Origin: Chrysomallon squamiferum
Lineage: Eukaryota; Animalia; Mollusca
Length of the DNA: 64,000 nt
Direction of reading: 5' to 3'
NCBI GenBank assembly: GCA_012295275.1
Contig: CM022672.1
Span: 8,618,001 to 8,682,000, forward strand
This document shows positions 26,901 through 43,275 of the stretch, in pieces. The position numbers and the translations under genes are program-made. The notes below the pieces were generated by a model, which saw nothing but the letters and a program-made list of their open reading frames with translations, had not been told where the DNA came from and ran no database searches. How positions within the stretch are numbered: position 1 is the first letter of the stretch; every line of letters starts with the position of its first letter.

Positions 26901-29046
26901 GAAAAATGAAAAAAATACAAAATACAAAATATAAAATACAAAATTGAAAAGAAAAGAAATGAAAAAGAAAAAAAGAAAAAAAAAGAAAAGCCGGTGAATT
27001 TAAATGATCTGCCCTTTCAAGAGTCTTGCAACATGAAATACCTGCGACTTAAAACTTTGTCTTGAATTCTTTAAATAAATTTATTAAAATTCACGTAGCT
27101 TCTTTAATTACCTTTGTCAAGCACTACCAATAAATACTGAAAGGTTTACTGTTATTGATAATTGCTTTTATTTTTATTTATCTTTTTATTAACACTATTA
27201 AACAAAACATTAATTAATTTAATTATTTACTACTACTACTACTACTACTACTGCTACTGCTACTACTACTACTACTACTACTTCTACTTCTACCTAGTAC
27301 TACCACGGCTTTTGCTACAACAACTACTACTACTACTACTACACAACTATTACTACTAGTACGATTATTACATCTATAACTACTAGTACTGCTGTTAGTG
27401 TTGTTGTTGCTGTTATTGTTATTATTATTAATTTCGTTAAGTTATTCTATCAAGTTAAGTTATTTCGATAAATACATCTATTAAGACAAAAACAAATTAG
27501 GCGACATATACACAATAAATTTAATATATATTCTTGTCATGACTGTAGAACAAAACCTGGTTCCAGGATCTATTCTCCACACAGTATACCGCATTTAATA
27601 CCATTAAAATCTATACTGCTGGATTAAATTAGAACAATGTCTAAAATTCGTTGTAGCTATATTTAATACTCAACAGTAAGAACAGTGGTAGATATATATT
27701 TTTTTTATTTGACGAATTTAGAACAATGATTGTGGACAAAATATAAATAAGCAAGATTTAAGGAAATAAATTCAGTTGTCAGACAATCCTGCAATTCAGT
27801 CCGAGATGTCTTTCTAAATTTCCCTTCAGTTGTTTTACTGTTTTACTTTCTGTTAACTTGCTAAATAGTACTGCACTGTTTATAAATCAGACCCTGAATA
27901 TAGTTTGCGATTTATATATTTAAAAAGTTCATATTTGTCTTGTCAGATAAATACAAATATCATCTCTTTTTTGAAAATGTGTAATGGAAATGAAAAACTA
28001 TCTTGTGACCTTGAAGTTAATAAATGAATAATAGAAACAAAAAAAATTATGATGGCAATAAAACAAGCTTTATTTTATACATACGAATATGAGAATGCTT
28101 CGACCTGAACAAGCATATCAATTACTGATTATCAATAATAAATATGATTTGAATGAAGTGTTTTCCATACGTTGATAAACAAAAGTGGCTTTGAAATAAA
28201 TCTAGCGAAACAACATTACCAGCAATGTGATAAACTGATATTAGTGAGGAGTTGTTTCTATTGTTAAAAATATTTATTTTTCTATTATAATTGTTTTTTT
28301 ACGTAGAATATTTTACTTTTAATGATGCTACGAATCATGTTTCACAGTTGTTACAGTTTTTGTTCCTGAGTGTCATTTTTTAATATAAACAAATCAACAG
28401 AAACTACTGGCGGGTCTAGATGGAGTTTCTAAGTGATCTCATCATCTCTGAATAAGGGCTTGGTGTTCTGAGTTTCTTAGAAACAAATATATCTTACGTT
28501 ACACTGAATTACAGAAACTAAAAAAATGTGAAAGCACGTAATTTTGTACTGTGGGTTATTTTATTTTTAACTGAAACTGCCAATTGTGATGCCTTTCTCC
28601 ACAAATACTCCTAAGTTCATCGAGTCGTAACTAATGTAATCACTAAAATAGCCTGTTTAGTTCTTGTATTCATAATTGTTTTGTACACCTTGCATTGTCT
28701 GTGTCTAACAATAAATTATTTAACTACAGATTTAAAAAGATTTCAATAGCCTCTCGTGTTTTATGATGTTGTTCTAAGATAAAGCATGTTTTCAAGCTGT
28801 TGATGCAAATATCTCTCTTTATAATAAACATAAATACTACGGGTTTTTTTCTAACTGAGGAGGTGTAGTCGTAGCATGTTTCAAATAAAATAAACACTGT
28901 TATTGTTTTACTTTCTTATGATAATCATCAGACGTTAGAAATCATTATAGTTTGGTTAAGCGTTTTGAGTAAAACAGACTGACCAGATAAGCTGGTTTCG
29001 TTTGGAAGGTCTCTCATGCATTAAATAAGTAAAGTGTAGTAGAGAC

Positions 29047-30653
<1,607 letters not shown>

Positions 30654-30944
30654 GTACAACATGCTACATGTTGCGGGCGTCATTCATCCACGTCAGTTGT
30701 TTAAATATTGTGGCAGTCCTCGTTTGCGTATGAGGATATAATTTTAGCTGCTTTCAGATTTTCCCTTATATATATATATATATATATCTTTTTTATACAA
30801 ATTTATTGGCACAGACTTTGTTTTTTTAATTACCTTTGTCAATCATTATTAGAAATTAAAACTGATGGTTGTTCGTTTTGCTTTTTATTTATTTGATTTA
30901 TTTACTGCTGTTGCACTGTTATTGGTATATTAGCCATCATCATC

Positions 30945-31002
<58 letters not shown>

Positions 31003-32785
31003 GATATGTTTAATACTGAGTGTTATGTTACGGAGCAGACTGCAGTAAACTTGCAAACGAGAGACTAGCGGCAGGATCAGTTCCAGTGAACGTTTAACAC
31101 TAACTTACCACCACGTCGTCTTTTTCTCCTGACTGTGAGAAGGTCCATAAATGATACTCTAGCCTGCTAATCAACAAAATCTTCTCCTTTTTTGTTTTCC
31201 TTTCCTTCATTTTTAACTAATTAATTTATTTATTTGGTTTTATTTTATTTTTTTTAAATTTTCTGATGTATTTCATAGTTGGAAACATTTTAGAAGAAAA
31301 TTAGTTTCTCGCTAAAATGCACTATGCCGAAACTTAAGCAAAATGTAACATCTTAGAAAGAATCATTTGTCTTTTCGAAGTGTTTAGAAAAGTTGTTGTA
31401 CATTATCGTGACCATAGAGATTTGTACAAAGTTATGTAGTCCTAGTGATTCACCCGACTATCTGAGTCTGAATAAAAAACATTGTTCTCTATCGTTAGTC
31501 CAGAACAAACAAACAAATAAATAAATGAACAAATAATAAAAATTCCTTAATGAACAAACAAAAAAAATAACAAACAATCAAAAAAAAAAAAAATAAATAA
31601 AAAATAAAAACAGCAGAATAATAATAATAATAATGAAATATATAAAATAAAGAGAGGAAAGAAAGAAAGAAAGTATTAACAAACAACTACAAAAAAAAAA
31701 AAAAAAAAAAAAAAAGAAGATGAAGTTGTCAATACAGATTTGGTTTCAGAACAGAAATCATGATTTATAACTGTTACTATTCATTTTGTTTAACATCGGT
31801 ATTGTACATTGATTATTTTTTACCAGCTGATTTTCTGTGTGAAACCTTTGAATGACGTAACAAACATCTTTGGAAAAACTTCCCGCAGCTGCAGAGATTT
31901 TTTATGTCTACCTTCCAACGTTCTTGAAGCGTACAAACCAAGACTTGAAATAAGAAAATGTAAATTAATATAATTTAATATTTGCTTATTTACATGATTA
32001 TATACACATAATTTTTCAAGAAATAATAAATCATTGTCGTATTTGTTTATTTTCCAAATGAAAACATTGCATATTCCTTATTCTTTTAATAAACATTTTG
32101 ATAAAAATTCCTTTTTAATATTTAGAGCCGATTTAATATTATCTTTGAAGTAATGTTATCAGTCACACTTTAACGTTATAAAAGTGCTGTTGTAATCTAA
32201 TCAGTTCAGATCACAAAAATAATTCATAAACGGCCTGCTTTAAACATAACATAAAAACTGAAGCGGAAACAGGAATTATTTCTTAAATTTCACAATACGT
32301 GAATCAATAAGTCTCTCACTTATTTCATTTTTTATAATCTTTCATCATATTTCTTTTTTTCTTTAATCTAATAACTGACTTGCTCTATTTTGATGATAAC
32401 AACAGACAAAACAGTTTACATCGTCAATTCAGTATGCTGTTGTCGCCATTCTCTTGCTAATCTCGACATTACGGTCATTTCAGATAATCCTTTCATGTCT
32501 GATTCTGATTTCATTTCATTGTTATAAACAGTTTATTTAATGCGTATATCAGATAGTGATTAATAATTCTCTTTGTAACAATCACGTTTTATTTATAGAC
32601 ATGCTATTGTCAGTAAGAAACATTAATTGCCAAAGCTAGTCAGATACATATTCAGCTGGAATACTCGTTAAAACTAACTGTGAGTAGTAGATATCTCTCT
32701 GAGAAATATTTCACTCGTTGATTAGCGACTTTTGAAAATTACATGATACATAAGTGAATAGTAAAATAATACTAGAGACAGAGAC

Positions 32786-34760
32786 ATGGCGACATTTGTC
32801 CACGTCTTTGTTCTTTGTGCTGTTCTTTCTGTCAGAAAATCTCTCCAGGTTTCAAACGCACGAACTAAAACTGTGGTTTTCCAGGATTGCGATTTCAGGG
32901 ATAAAATTGTGTACGAGGATATTGTAGAGCGGGCTGCTAACGTCCCCAGTCCGATTGCATGCAGTCTGGTGTGCACGAGGACTGTCAACTGCATTTCCTT
33001 TTTTCACAGTGAGGAGACTTTCCTGTGTCAGTTACACTCTAGACTGTTTGTGAACACGAGCAACGCCATCTTTGAATCAGGATCAACATACCACATACTT
33101 TTCCCTCCTGGTAAGCAGAAACAGTCGTAATATATAGTAACAACGACAACGAAAATCTCTATTATCTGATGCTGCTGCTACCACTACTACTACCATTACT
33201 ACTACTGCTGCTACTACAACTACTACTATACTGCTATTAACATACTATTTTACTATTTTTAACCTGTCTTATCCGTTTGATGTATCTGAATTTGAGGATA
33301 ATGTTTGATGTATGTTAATGTGTTTGAAGTATTTCAGTCTGAGGATGATTTATATATGTTAATACGTAACTTTGATAGTGGTAGTAGTAGTAGTAGTAAC
33401 AGCAATAGCAGCAACAGCAGTAGTAATGGTAAAAGTAGAAGTAATGGTAAAAGTAGTAATTATTTCAGTAAAAGGTGATAATTATAAACTTTGATGTGCT
33501 TAACCTTTTATCCTTAATTATCGGAGATAAAAATATCAAATAGATTCTGTAATAATTTCTCCTAATATTGCCACTCACACGTTACGAAGAGAGATGTGGT
33601 TTATTGTTTCCTGTAGTGAGAAGAGATGTTGTTTATATGACCTAGCATAGCTCACCCGGTTCTTGATTCATCTTTATATTTCATGGGCACAAGCTGAAAC
33701 GGGAAAATAGCCTAATGAGATGTTGCCGTGAATCGATCCTACACGGACTGCGTATTAGATTAATGCTGCTCTTAGCTCATCAAAACTTTTATTATTAAGT
33801 TTTTAGCTTAGGAGAGATAGAAGCAATCAGACTTATTATTTTTCTTCTGTTGTATTTTTGTGAATATTTCATTTTATACTTTCAGATATTATATCTGTAA
33901 AATCGTTCAATAAACTGAAAATAATGTGTGGGTGGAGACGGGACTTTTCATTTTTTCAAAATGTCAATGGAGGCGTCAGTCTTTGCATTCGACACAGCCT
34001 CGATGACCGTCTCACTCATGACGAGGCTAGAAACATCTGCAGTCGGGACGGAGCGAGACTAATACAGCTGGAAACGGAAGAAAAAAATAACTTTTTTCGG
34101 GAACTGCTACTGACCAGTAAGTTAGAATGAATAAATGAATAATGATATTTATTAATGAATAGGCATAAATAGGTAAAGTAATTAATAATTACCAATGTCT
34201 TAATTAATAAGTAAGGCATCGTATCCTAATAAAATCTCTGTTTAATCATTTAATGTTAGGTAATCGTCTTTGAATGTCACTTGTTTAAATATAGTCAGAG
34301 CAAGCAAATACAAACAACACAAAAATGTACAGATATAAACATGTATGCCACACGCAAACACACATACATACTAATTCATGATTGTAGGTTAACAGATTAA
34401 TTAACAGATTAACAGACTATGAACAAACTATTTTCTTTTTTATTAAAATTTTCAAAATATTAAACACGCGAAAATAAACAACTTATGATACAGACATTTG
34501 CTCAAATTAAACTTCTTCTCTTTGCTGCAGAACTTGATATAGGAAGCGTTTGGATTGGTGGTTCGCTTGTCAATAGTACTTGGGTATGGAACACGGACGC
34601 CAACGACCCTATCAACTACTTCAACTGGGGCGCCTCTTCTTCTCAGGAACCGGACGGGTCTGGTAACTGCATACGTCTGAGCAGCTCGGATCACTTCACG
34701 TGGAGCGACACTAGATGTAGCCAGAGAAAGAAGTTTGTATGTGAGATATCTTTAACGTAG
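32786..34760 (+). CDS. Secreted PAN/Apple-domain + C-type lectin protein 3 (261 aa)
   Basis: Exons 32786-33110 (CSLVC...CISFFH...CQLH), 33886-34116 (ARNICSRDGARLIQLET) and 34531-34760 (VWIGG, YFNW, EPD, WSD, FVCE); phase-1 introns. Confidence 0.9.
33610..33780 (-). mobile_element. Putative degenerate tRNA-derived SINE remnant in lectin 3 intron 1
   Basis: Minus strand gcagtccgtgtaggatcgattcacgg...cattaggctattttcccgtttcagcttgtgccc shows a B-box-like segment (ggatcgattc) and resembles gastropod SINE heads as recalled from memory; related pieces at about 31105-31165 and 38785-38890. Confidence 0.4.
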
Positions 34761-35720
34761 AACTGTATCAGCACCGTTAGAGATATGTTTAATCCAGAAA
34801 CTATATCAACATTGTTTCGAGATATTTTTAATCTAGAATTAAGTCAACAGGTGGTGATATTAATCTGCAACTGTGTCAGCATTGTGTTATAGGGAGCTTT
34901 GTTAGAAAAATGTGTAAATGGTAGTAAAAGTACGTTCATTTTTTTTTTTTTTGACGAGGCCTTCTGCCAGTTCATATTCATAACGACAGGATCTGATGTG
35001 GACAAAATATAAACAAGCCACATTGTAACAGATTGCAATACAAATATTTCCTGTAATTCAGTCCGAGATGTTTTTCTAAATTTCCCTTCTGTTGTTATAC
35101 TGTTTTACTTTCTGTTAACTTGCTAAAAATTGTGCTATAATGAATCTCTGAGATTTAAGTATTACAAAATTTCTTATTTTTCTTTCTAAAGAAAAGCAAA
35201 CAAACTAAATTTTTTGAAAATGTATAATGGAAATGAATAAAATATCTTGATGACAAAGAAAATTATGATGAAAATAAAACAAGTTTTATTCTCACACATA
35301 TATATATGAGAGTGCTTTAACCTGTAAAAGCATGTGAATTTCGGATTGTCAATAATAAATATAAAATGAATACAGTGTCTTTCATAAGTTTAATTAAAAA
35401 ATGATGATTTGTTCTTTGAAATACGCCAAACGAAATGACATTAGAAGCGGTAATGAAGATAAAGCATTGCTTCAGTCGTTTAAAACATTTACTAACAACG
35501 TTTCTGTGTGTGCCGTGTAAACTATTTTATCATTAACGTTACTACGAATCATCATTAACAGTAATTATAGTATTCTTTGGTTATTTTTGTTCTTATTTGA
35601 AACAAATCAAACAAAACTAATGGCGGCTTCAAGTGAGTGAATTTACGCGATTCATGACCAATGGACGCAAACTAGGCTTTCTGCATTTCCGCTTAACAAC
35701 AATGTCCTTAATGACAATAG

Positions 35721-35945
35721 GATATCAACAAACCAGTTCAGTTTTTTGACTGGGGCTACACAACTGAACAGCAACCTGACGGGGACGGGGACTGTGTCAG
35801 ACTGAGCTATACCTATGGCTATGTGTGGGCTGACGAGGGCTGCAATGTCGAAAAGAGATTTGTCTGTGAGATTGTGACGAATGAATCGATTTACGTAGGT
35901 CATACTACATGTTACAGACTTCACATATGCATGTCAGTTATTTAC
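35721..35945 (+). pseudogene. Truncated lectin 4: 3' part of exon 3 and 3' flank, nearly identical to lectin 2
   Basis: Reads DINKPVQFFDWGYTTEQQPDGDGDCVRLSYTYGYVWADEGCNVEKRFVCEIVT versus 30475-30632; no upstream exons are present. Confidence 0.85.
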
Positions 35946-37396
35946 ATGGCAATCTTTGATAGTTTAAATGTGTCTTTGGTGTTGCATTGACAAGTTTCTT
36001 CCTTGTATCATCGTAATTCAAGATTGCTTAGCATGTAAATACTATTTATTTATTTATCGCAAACATTCAGTTACATCTGTCTTGAACAACCTGTCTAGGA
36101 TCCACAAGGTAATGTATCGTGCTCATTCGAGTATTAGTATCCGTACAGCATTAGTGTTCAGGTTTCAAGGTCTTAATGTTAACGTGTCGAAATATTAATG
36201 AATCACAAGATTAACGTTAATATGTCAAAGCATTAGTGTTAATTTATCAAAGTATTAGTATTAATATATCTTTGTATTAGTGCTTCTCTGTCTGGGTATG
36301 TCAGTGTGTTAATATATTTGTATTAACACGACATAGTACTTTTAGTGTTAATATTAATGTAACAAACTGTTAATGTAAATATAAGTGTTAATGTTATTAT
36401 AAATAAGTATTACTGTTAATGTAACAACGTGCTAGGAAAGAAACTGTACTCGTCTTACATACACTGGTTAGATCGTCCCGACCATTGTACCTTTCAGTCT
36501 CAAGTACGACGGCTTAGTTACTGACAGCTGGTTGCAGATAACATTTACGTTTGAGACGAAAGCCAGGGTTATCTGGTCTGAGATGGAGATAACACCCAGA
36601 TAATTAATAATGTTTTATCAACCTGCACCTCCTCCACTGGATCAATTGTCAGCCTGGTATTCCGTGGTTTGCTTCGCCTAAGTAAATACGACTGTCGTGG
36701 CACTGAGAACAGGAATAACGAGCACAGAATGTGGGGAGAGATAGACTTCAAACCACGTGTAATTATCGAAATCTCTTACCAAGAAAAGTATTGATTTAAA
36801 AGATGACAAGAAAAACGATCTTTCTCATTCTAATGTTATCGAATATTCCTTGTGAAAGTTTGACTAAAGTGAATCGATTTGCCTAAAGGCCAAACAAAAG
36901 TGCATTGATTAGTTTCAAAACTGGGATAACGAAATTCTAGAAGTGCACAACAGGCGAGTTCCAGTTTAATGAGTCCAGGGATCCATTTTCCAGCAAGTCA
37001 ACAATAGCTCAGATTGTTTCTGTTCATGTTACAATGTCTAATTATTTCATAAATATATAGCGTTCATTTTTTAAAAATTTTTTTATTATTTTTTAATCAT
37101 TAGACGTTTTGGCATTTTTCCAAAGTAATAATTATTATCGTAAGACCCCTATGTTAAACTGCCAGGTCCGCGCCTGAAACTAAACGGGAACAGAAGCAGG
37201 TGGCAAGGAGAAGACGATTTTGATGCAAATAGATTTCTATCTCTACCCCTTCATTGATTAACATCATTTCCGTGAATGAAAATCTCAAACATATTGAATT
37301 TACACTCAGAAAGCCTAAAGCTGGTTTGGTTGCTTGTTTAACTTTTGTGTGGTCACGTAGGCGAAAACACATAACACATACTGAAAATTAATCACC

Positions 37397-37511
<115 letters not shown>

Positions 37512-38397
37512 TTCATTCTATAAGGACTTTATTGTTCTGTCTGCAGTTGTTTGTTTGTTGTTGCTATTGGCGTTTCTTTGTTATTATTGTTACTTATTCT
37601 TTAAAATGATATGAGTCGAATTCTCATTATTCTGTTTTCATTTTATTTAAATTTATATCAGAATTTAATGAATAGTCTACATATTATTTCCTGATATATA
37701 TATATATATCTGTGTTTTAAATTATTACAGCAATAAAATATGATTTATATTACACTATATCATATATAAATGATAAAAATAATTTTATGATGTCTGCTCT
37801 GATAAAATGTATTAACCAAAATATTTAAAAAAAAAATTATAACAGAGCTGTTATTCCTAGAATGATCACAGGTGTGTTAAACTTGTATATGTATGTATGT
37901 ATTCATGTATATGTATCTGTGTGTGTTTTGTTTGTTTGTTTGTTTGTAGACGTCTCCAGGCAGCTTAATTCCTTTGTGGCTGTTTAATACTCGACGTACA
38001 GTGCAATGAATTTCAAAATCAATTTTCCATTATTTAATTTTCCCGTTTTAGTTCAGGACTTTATAAAAAAATAAATAAATAAATAAATAAAATAAATAAT
38101 GAAAAAGGCATTTTATTTGTGCAATTGGTAAACAACATAAAAAAAAGATCTGTAGCTGCTAACTGAAGAGTTCTCAGTTGCGGAGAGATTATTTATTTCT
38201 TTCTCAAAACAAACTCACAGCAGTAAACAAGAGAATAACAGTTTAAAATATTCGTTACTTTAGTTATAGATGAAAGTCCATAACTCTGAAAGAAAATACC
38301 TTTTATAACTGGTGACAATCACAAAATAATGATTAATAATAATTATAGGAAAATAACGTTAAGCACTTTAATACTACGTATTCATACGGTGCGTTCT

Positions 38398-38404
<7 letters not shown>

Positions 38405-38491
<87 letters not shown>
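38405..38491. repeat. (GT)n microsatellite
   Basis: Directly visible. Confidence 0.95.
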
Positions 38492-38492
<1 letters not shown>

Positions 38493-39567
38493 TTCGGACC
38501 CATTGATTCATAGACTTTATAAATAGTTAACTGAAAAACGATTTTCACTGCAATTCTTTCTTAATACGACAGATTTGAGTATAAATGTTTCAGTAAACCA
38601 TTCTTTATGTTAACGTCTATTTCTGTTTGTGTCTTACTAAGCTTTAGTCTGCTTTTATGATTGTACTGAAGCACATCGATTAATTTTCTGTTATCTCCTA
38701 TTAATAATTCTAATAATAGTCTTCGAAAGAAGCTGCTGCATGTAAGCATGGGATATGTACATATCTGCACAGTACACGCCACTCATTTCAGTGGACTAGT
38801 CAGGGGCACGGGGTTGAGCGAGAAATAAAAACCCACTGAGTGCATCTATTATAGAAGTATTCTAACGAGGGGCAGCGCTCTACCACTGAAATACACATAC
38901 AGTCATTTCTTATATTCAACCAGTGTTTGCTTTTACCAGTGTTATTTGGACTAACTTTGATTTCCAGTCTGACACCAGCTTCTGAGAAATCCTTCGCGAT
39001 TTCCTGTAATCTTTCGTTCCGTGTTCAGACACGATTTCGTCTTTTGAACCCGACCCACAAGTGGGCCAATAATCTCCGCGGTGTTTTTAATTCTTGTTTA
39101 ACGCGGGTTTCGCTACAGCAAACATTTACTTCTTCGAGTCGAGTCCGACGCTCGTTTTCGTCCTCTTAATTAGATTGCTGCTTATTTGATTCACAAATCA
39201 ATACTAAAACCAAACATTTTTTTGTGTGTGTGTTTTTTTTTTTTTTTATCTTGACGTAATTGTGTTACTCAGTGTTGCTGTAATTCAGAAGTCCTACAAA
39301 TATTAATTTACATTTTCGTCTGCTAAAAATTCTAGAATGTACTGTCGTCTGGTTTCGGCCATTTAAATAAAACCTGAAATTAAATAACAATTGTGAACAC
39401 CGTCTCTAGGCGAATAGCATGGAAAAATTAATAACATAGTTAAATAAACAAAGCTAAATAAATGACAGCAACAAATGAAAGAAAACAAAAGTAAAGTAGC
39501 TTCATACATAGGTCAACATAAAAAAGAAATAAAAAATAAAAAATAATAATTGGTTGTTTCAACAATT

Positions 39568-39619
<52 letters not shown>

Positions 39620-40149
39620 TTATTGATTGATTTATTATATATATAATAATTATTATTATTTATTTATTTATTTATTATATATAAAATAAATAAATAAATA
39701 ACATGACTTCTAGGAATGAATTAAAATGAAGAAACATCTTATATAATTATTTATGCTTTTAAAACTGTCACCACCCTACATCTATTTTTGTACTCCCTGA
39801 TTAAAATAAGCAGACTGTATGATTATTTCGAGAAACTGTACCAAACAGACATTTCGATTTGATTTTAACCAGGAACATTCTATTTACAATTCTCCAGATC
39901 TCAGCAAATCCCAGACTACAAATGCTTTTATCTGTAGGCAGTGTTCCTTTTTCAAACGCATAAACACCATTTTATTTGCAGCAAAAGTACACGTATATTT
40001 GCTGGATGTTTATGTTGTAAGGGAAACACACTGAAATGTTAGTCTGAGGGCGTGGATCCTGGTGTTGCAGTGGAGGACGTTTATATTATTTCTGTTCACA
40101 AAGATCAGTTTTAGTTATTATTATTACTGCTTTCATTATTACTGCTATC

Positions 40150-40193
<44 letters not shown>

Positions 40194-40870
40194 TTAATCA
40201 TTATCATTATTACTGTTATAGCTATCATTATTACTGCTATTTGTATTTATTTGTTTGTTTATTTAGTTATTTATTTATTAATCATTATAATTATTATTGT
40301 TATAGGTATTATTATTACTGCTATATTTATTTATTTATTTATTTGTTTGTTTGTTTTTTGTTTGTTTTTATTTATTTCATTATTTTGGGTTTTTTTTGTT
40401 TATTAATTGTTATCTTTTTATTATTGTTATAATTATTATGATTACTGCTATAATTTATGTTATTATTTTATTTATTTATTTCATTTATATTTATTCTATA
40501 TATAACTGTATTTTATTTTCATTTTATTTCCATATATTTCACTTTATTTTTATTTTTTTTTTTTTTTTCTTATCGCATTTCAAACACATTTGCATAACTT
40601 GACAAAAAATTTCATCTTCCGTTTCTTCACATTGCAGGAGTTGTCTGCCCCTGATTGTAAAACAGCGCTGATCCATGAAAAGACTGATGTTAAGCTCTGT
40701 TTTCATATGTACAAACAGGCCTGATACGTAATTGGGAGAATTGTCTTTATAACTCTGACATCTGAAAGATTGGCTAATCTTTGTCTAACAAACTGCAATA
40801 TTTTACACATATTGTTCTCCAAAGACGAAAGAAGTTAACATGATTTTATTTATTTATTTATTTATTTAAC

Positions 40871-40910
<40 letters not shown>

Positions 40911-41442
40911 ATATTATTTATTTGGTTTAAAAAAAAAAAATGAAACATCAGCTGTAACTGATTAGAAACACAGCCTTTTATATATGAGACTAAGACATTG
41001 CTATCACAATACACGATCTGAGATAAACGCTCAAACACAGATTTGATGAAGAGAGATCAGGGGTTCTGTGCTACTGAATGACTGTTTCTGTTTTATAAGC
41101 ACTTTAACCACTAACCTAACTCTTACTTCCCACACAACACGTGGTCAGCCTGACCTCTGCTGAACTGTACGGACACGTGAGAGTTTCTCAGCTCACTTTG
41201 TATTTACGGGATCAAAATTACAGATGATCAATGTGGAAATGTGCTCTCAGAGGAAAACCACTTTCAAGCTTTTAATGAGCAAAAAAAATAATAATCTGAT
41301 TTTACAAAATCCACTTCCCTGGGGCTATGCAAAACAAAAACTTAAAATTAATGAGAAAGAAGAAAAGACGATAGAAATATCAAGATATAAAATAAAAATG
41401 TGTCTGTAATCCAGGCTATCAGACGGATGATAGAGAGAAACG

Positions 41443-41528
<86 letters not shown>

Positions 41529-42097
41529 GAGAGAGAGTGAACGAGAGTAAAATAGACCAAAAACAAAGTATGGAAGAAGGTATACAGAGCGAGAGAAAAA
41601 ATGGATAAATCATTTAAAATCTGAAAACAGCATATATGTGTGTGTCTGTGTGTAAAACACTGAATTCAGTTTATGAAATATATTTATTCAAATTCATCGC
41701 AGTTCGTTCAAATGTTTACACAAAACAAAATGGTCGCTCTTCGTTTCTTTAATTCTGTAGTTTAATATTTGATTATACAAAACGTATTACGCTGACTGAT
41801 CCATACAAATGATTCAGACATGTCTTCTCATGGAACCACTGTCTGTTAAAGAGGCAGGACAACCTGTTCATTACAGAGTATTTAAGACAGTCTCTCTTAC
41901 ACTGGAAACAGTTTTCAACACAACAATTCTTGAAGACAAAATTTAACACATAATTACATTCAGAAATCAATGTATTTTCTTCATATTGAGTTACACATTT
42001 GTTGTGCGTGTGTGTGTGTATGTGTGTGTCTGAGTGTGTGTGTGTGTGTGTGTGTGTATATGTATATATATGTGTGTATGTATGTTTTTGTTTGTAA

Positions 42098-42137
<40 letters not shown>

Positions 42138-42306
42138 CAAACAATAACTTTTTGAGTTAAGGAATGATAGAAAGATTCAGAAATGCTCAAATGGAATGAA
42201 ACTGAAATAAAAAGAATGAATGAATGAATGAATAAATAAATATAAAAGTCAGAGTCTCGCATGAATGAACGAATGAATGAATGAATAAATAAATAAATAA
42301 AAGTAT

Positions 42307-43218
42307 CTATAAACGGGAACACTCTAGGCAGCCTGTGATATGTGGCACGTGTTTACAGACTTTGTCAACTTCTGTCACAGCAGAAACAGTCAGTGGACTG
42401 TCGTTTACGTTGTTCAGTAAAACTGGGTCGGAAGTCCGTTGCTGAGGCATCGCCTCCACTGAAGGCGGAAATACTCGAAGTTCAACGGATTCTGGCGGGC
42501 AAAGATTAGAAGAAAACATAACATCAGTTGTTACCAATGTTTTTGAGACGTTCTCAGTTTTGAAAGGAGAAGTCGATTCTTTGTCTGAAAGTGTAATATC
42601 ATTCGAGCCGCTCGTTAAACCCACGAGCTCTGGAATATCGACACTCGTTGAATCTAAAGATGACGTCAGTTCCGTTTCCGAATAAACCACGGATTTCACC
42701 GAATGTCCGTTCTGATCACAAACACAGAAATACTGTTTCTTAGTCGCAGACGATATCTGAGCAATCCCATCTTTCGCCAACATTTTTGAGTCGGGTAATA
42801 TGTCCGCCAAACAGTTAGCCATGATGCCGTTTCCTGTGGCACGTAGCTGAAGCGATGGCGATGGCGTCGTTGACGACTTCTGTATCGTTTGCAAATCAAC
42901 CCGGCTGGCAGTCTGCGCATGCTCACTCGGTCGTCTACTTCCTCTAAGACTGGAATCGGAATCTCTGCAGCAGAGCTGTTTGGCGGCGACACGGAAGGAA
43001 TGGTTTGTAGCGAAGTAGATGATGACGTTCCAGAAACTGTTGCTGAGAGCCAGCCACGTGAACGAGAAGTCGAGCAAGGCTGGAATCTCGATCTTAGCCA
43101 CGGCCATGATGAGTTGTGAGACAGTCCACGGAGTGACGGCCACGAAAAATCCAAGAGTGACGATTCCCAGAGTCTTTGTAGCTTTCAGATGTAACAGACG
43201 AACAGCGCTGAGATGTTC
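42307..43218 (-). CDS. Class A (rhodopsin-like) GPCR, GPR21/GPR52-like; terminal coding exon (end of ICL3, TM6, TM7, helix 8, long C-tail)
   Basis: Acceptor ctatttcag|GAA; KATKTLGIVTLGFFVAVTPW (TM6), FTWLALSNSFWNVIIYFATNHSFR (TM7/H8, like GPR21/52 WLAISNSFCNCVIY), CC candidate palmitoylation site, Ser/Thr-rich tail to TAG at 42307. TM1-5 exons were not found in the window. Confidence 0.85.
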   Translation of the reverse strand, partial: EHLSAVRLLHLKATKTLGIVTLGFFVAVTPWTVSQLIMAVAKIEIPALLDFSFTWLALSNSFWNVIIYFATNHSFRVAAKQLCCRDSDSSLRGSRRPSEHAQTASRVDLQTIQKSSTTPSPSLQLRATGNGIMANCLADILPDSKMLAKDGIAQISSATKKQYFCVCDQNGHSVKSVVYSETELTSSLDSTSVDIPELVGLTSGSNDITLSDKESTSPFKTENVSKTLVTTDVMFSSNLCPPESVELRVFPPSVEAMPQQRTSDPVLLNNVNDSPLTVSAVTEVDKVCKHVPHITGCLECSRL

Positions 43219-43228
43219 CTGAAATAGC

Positions 43229-43275
<47 letters not shown>

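Noticed and set aside
42696-43222. Alternative-frame and antisense ORFs over the GPCR exon
   Set aside because: Shadows of a GC-richer true exon; no independent support.
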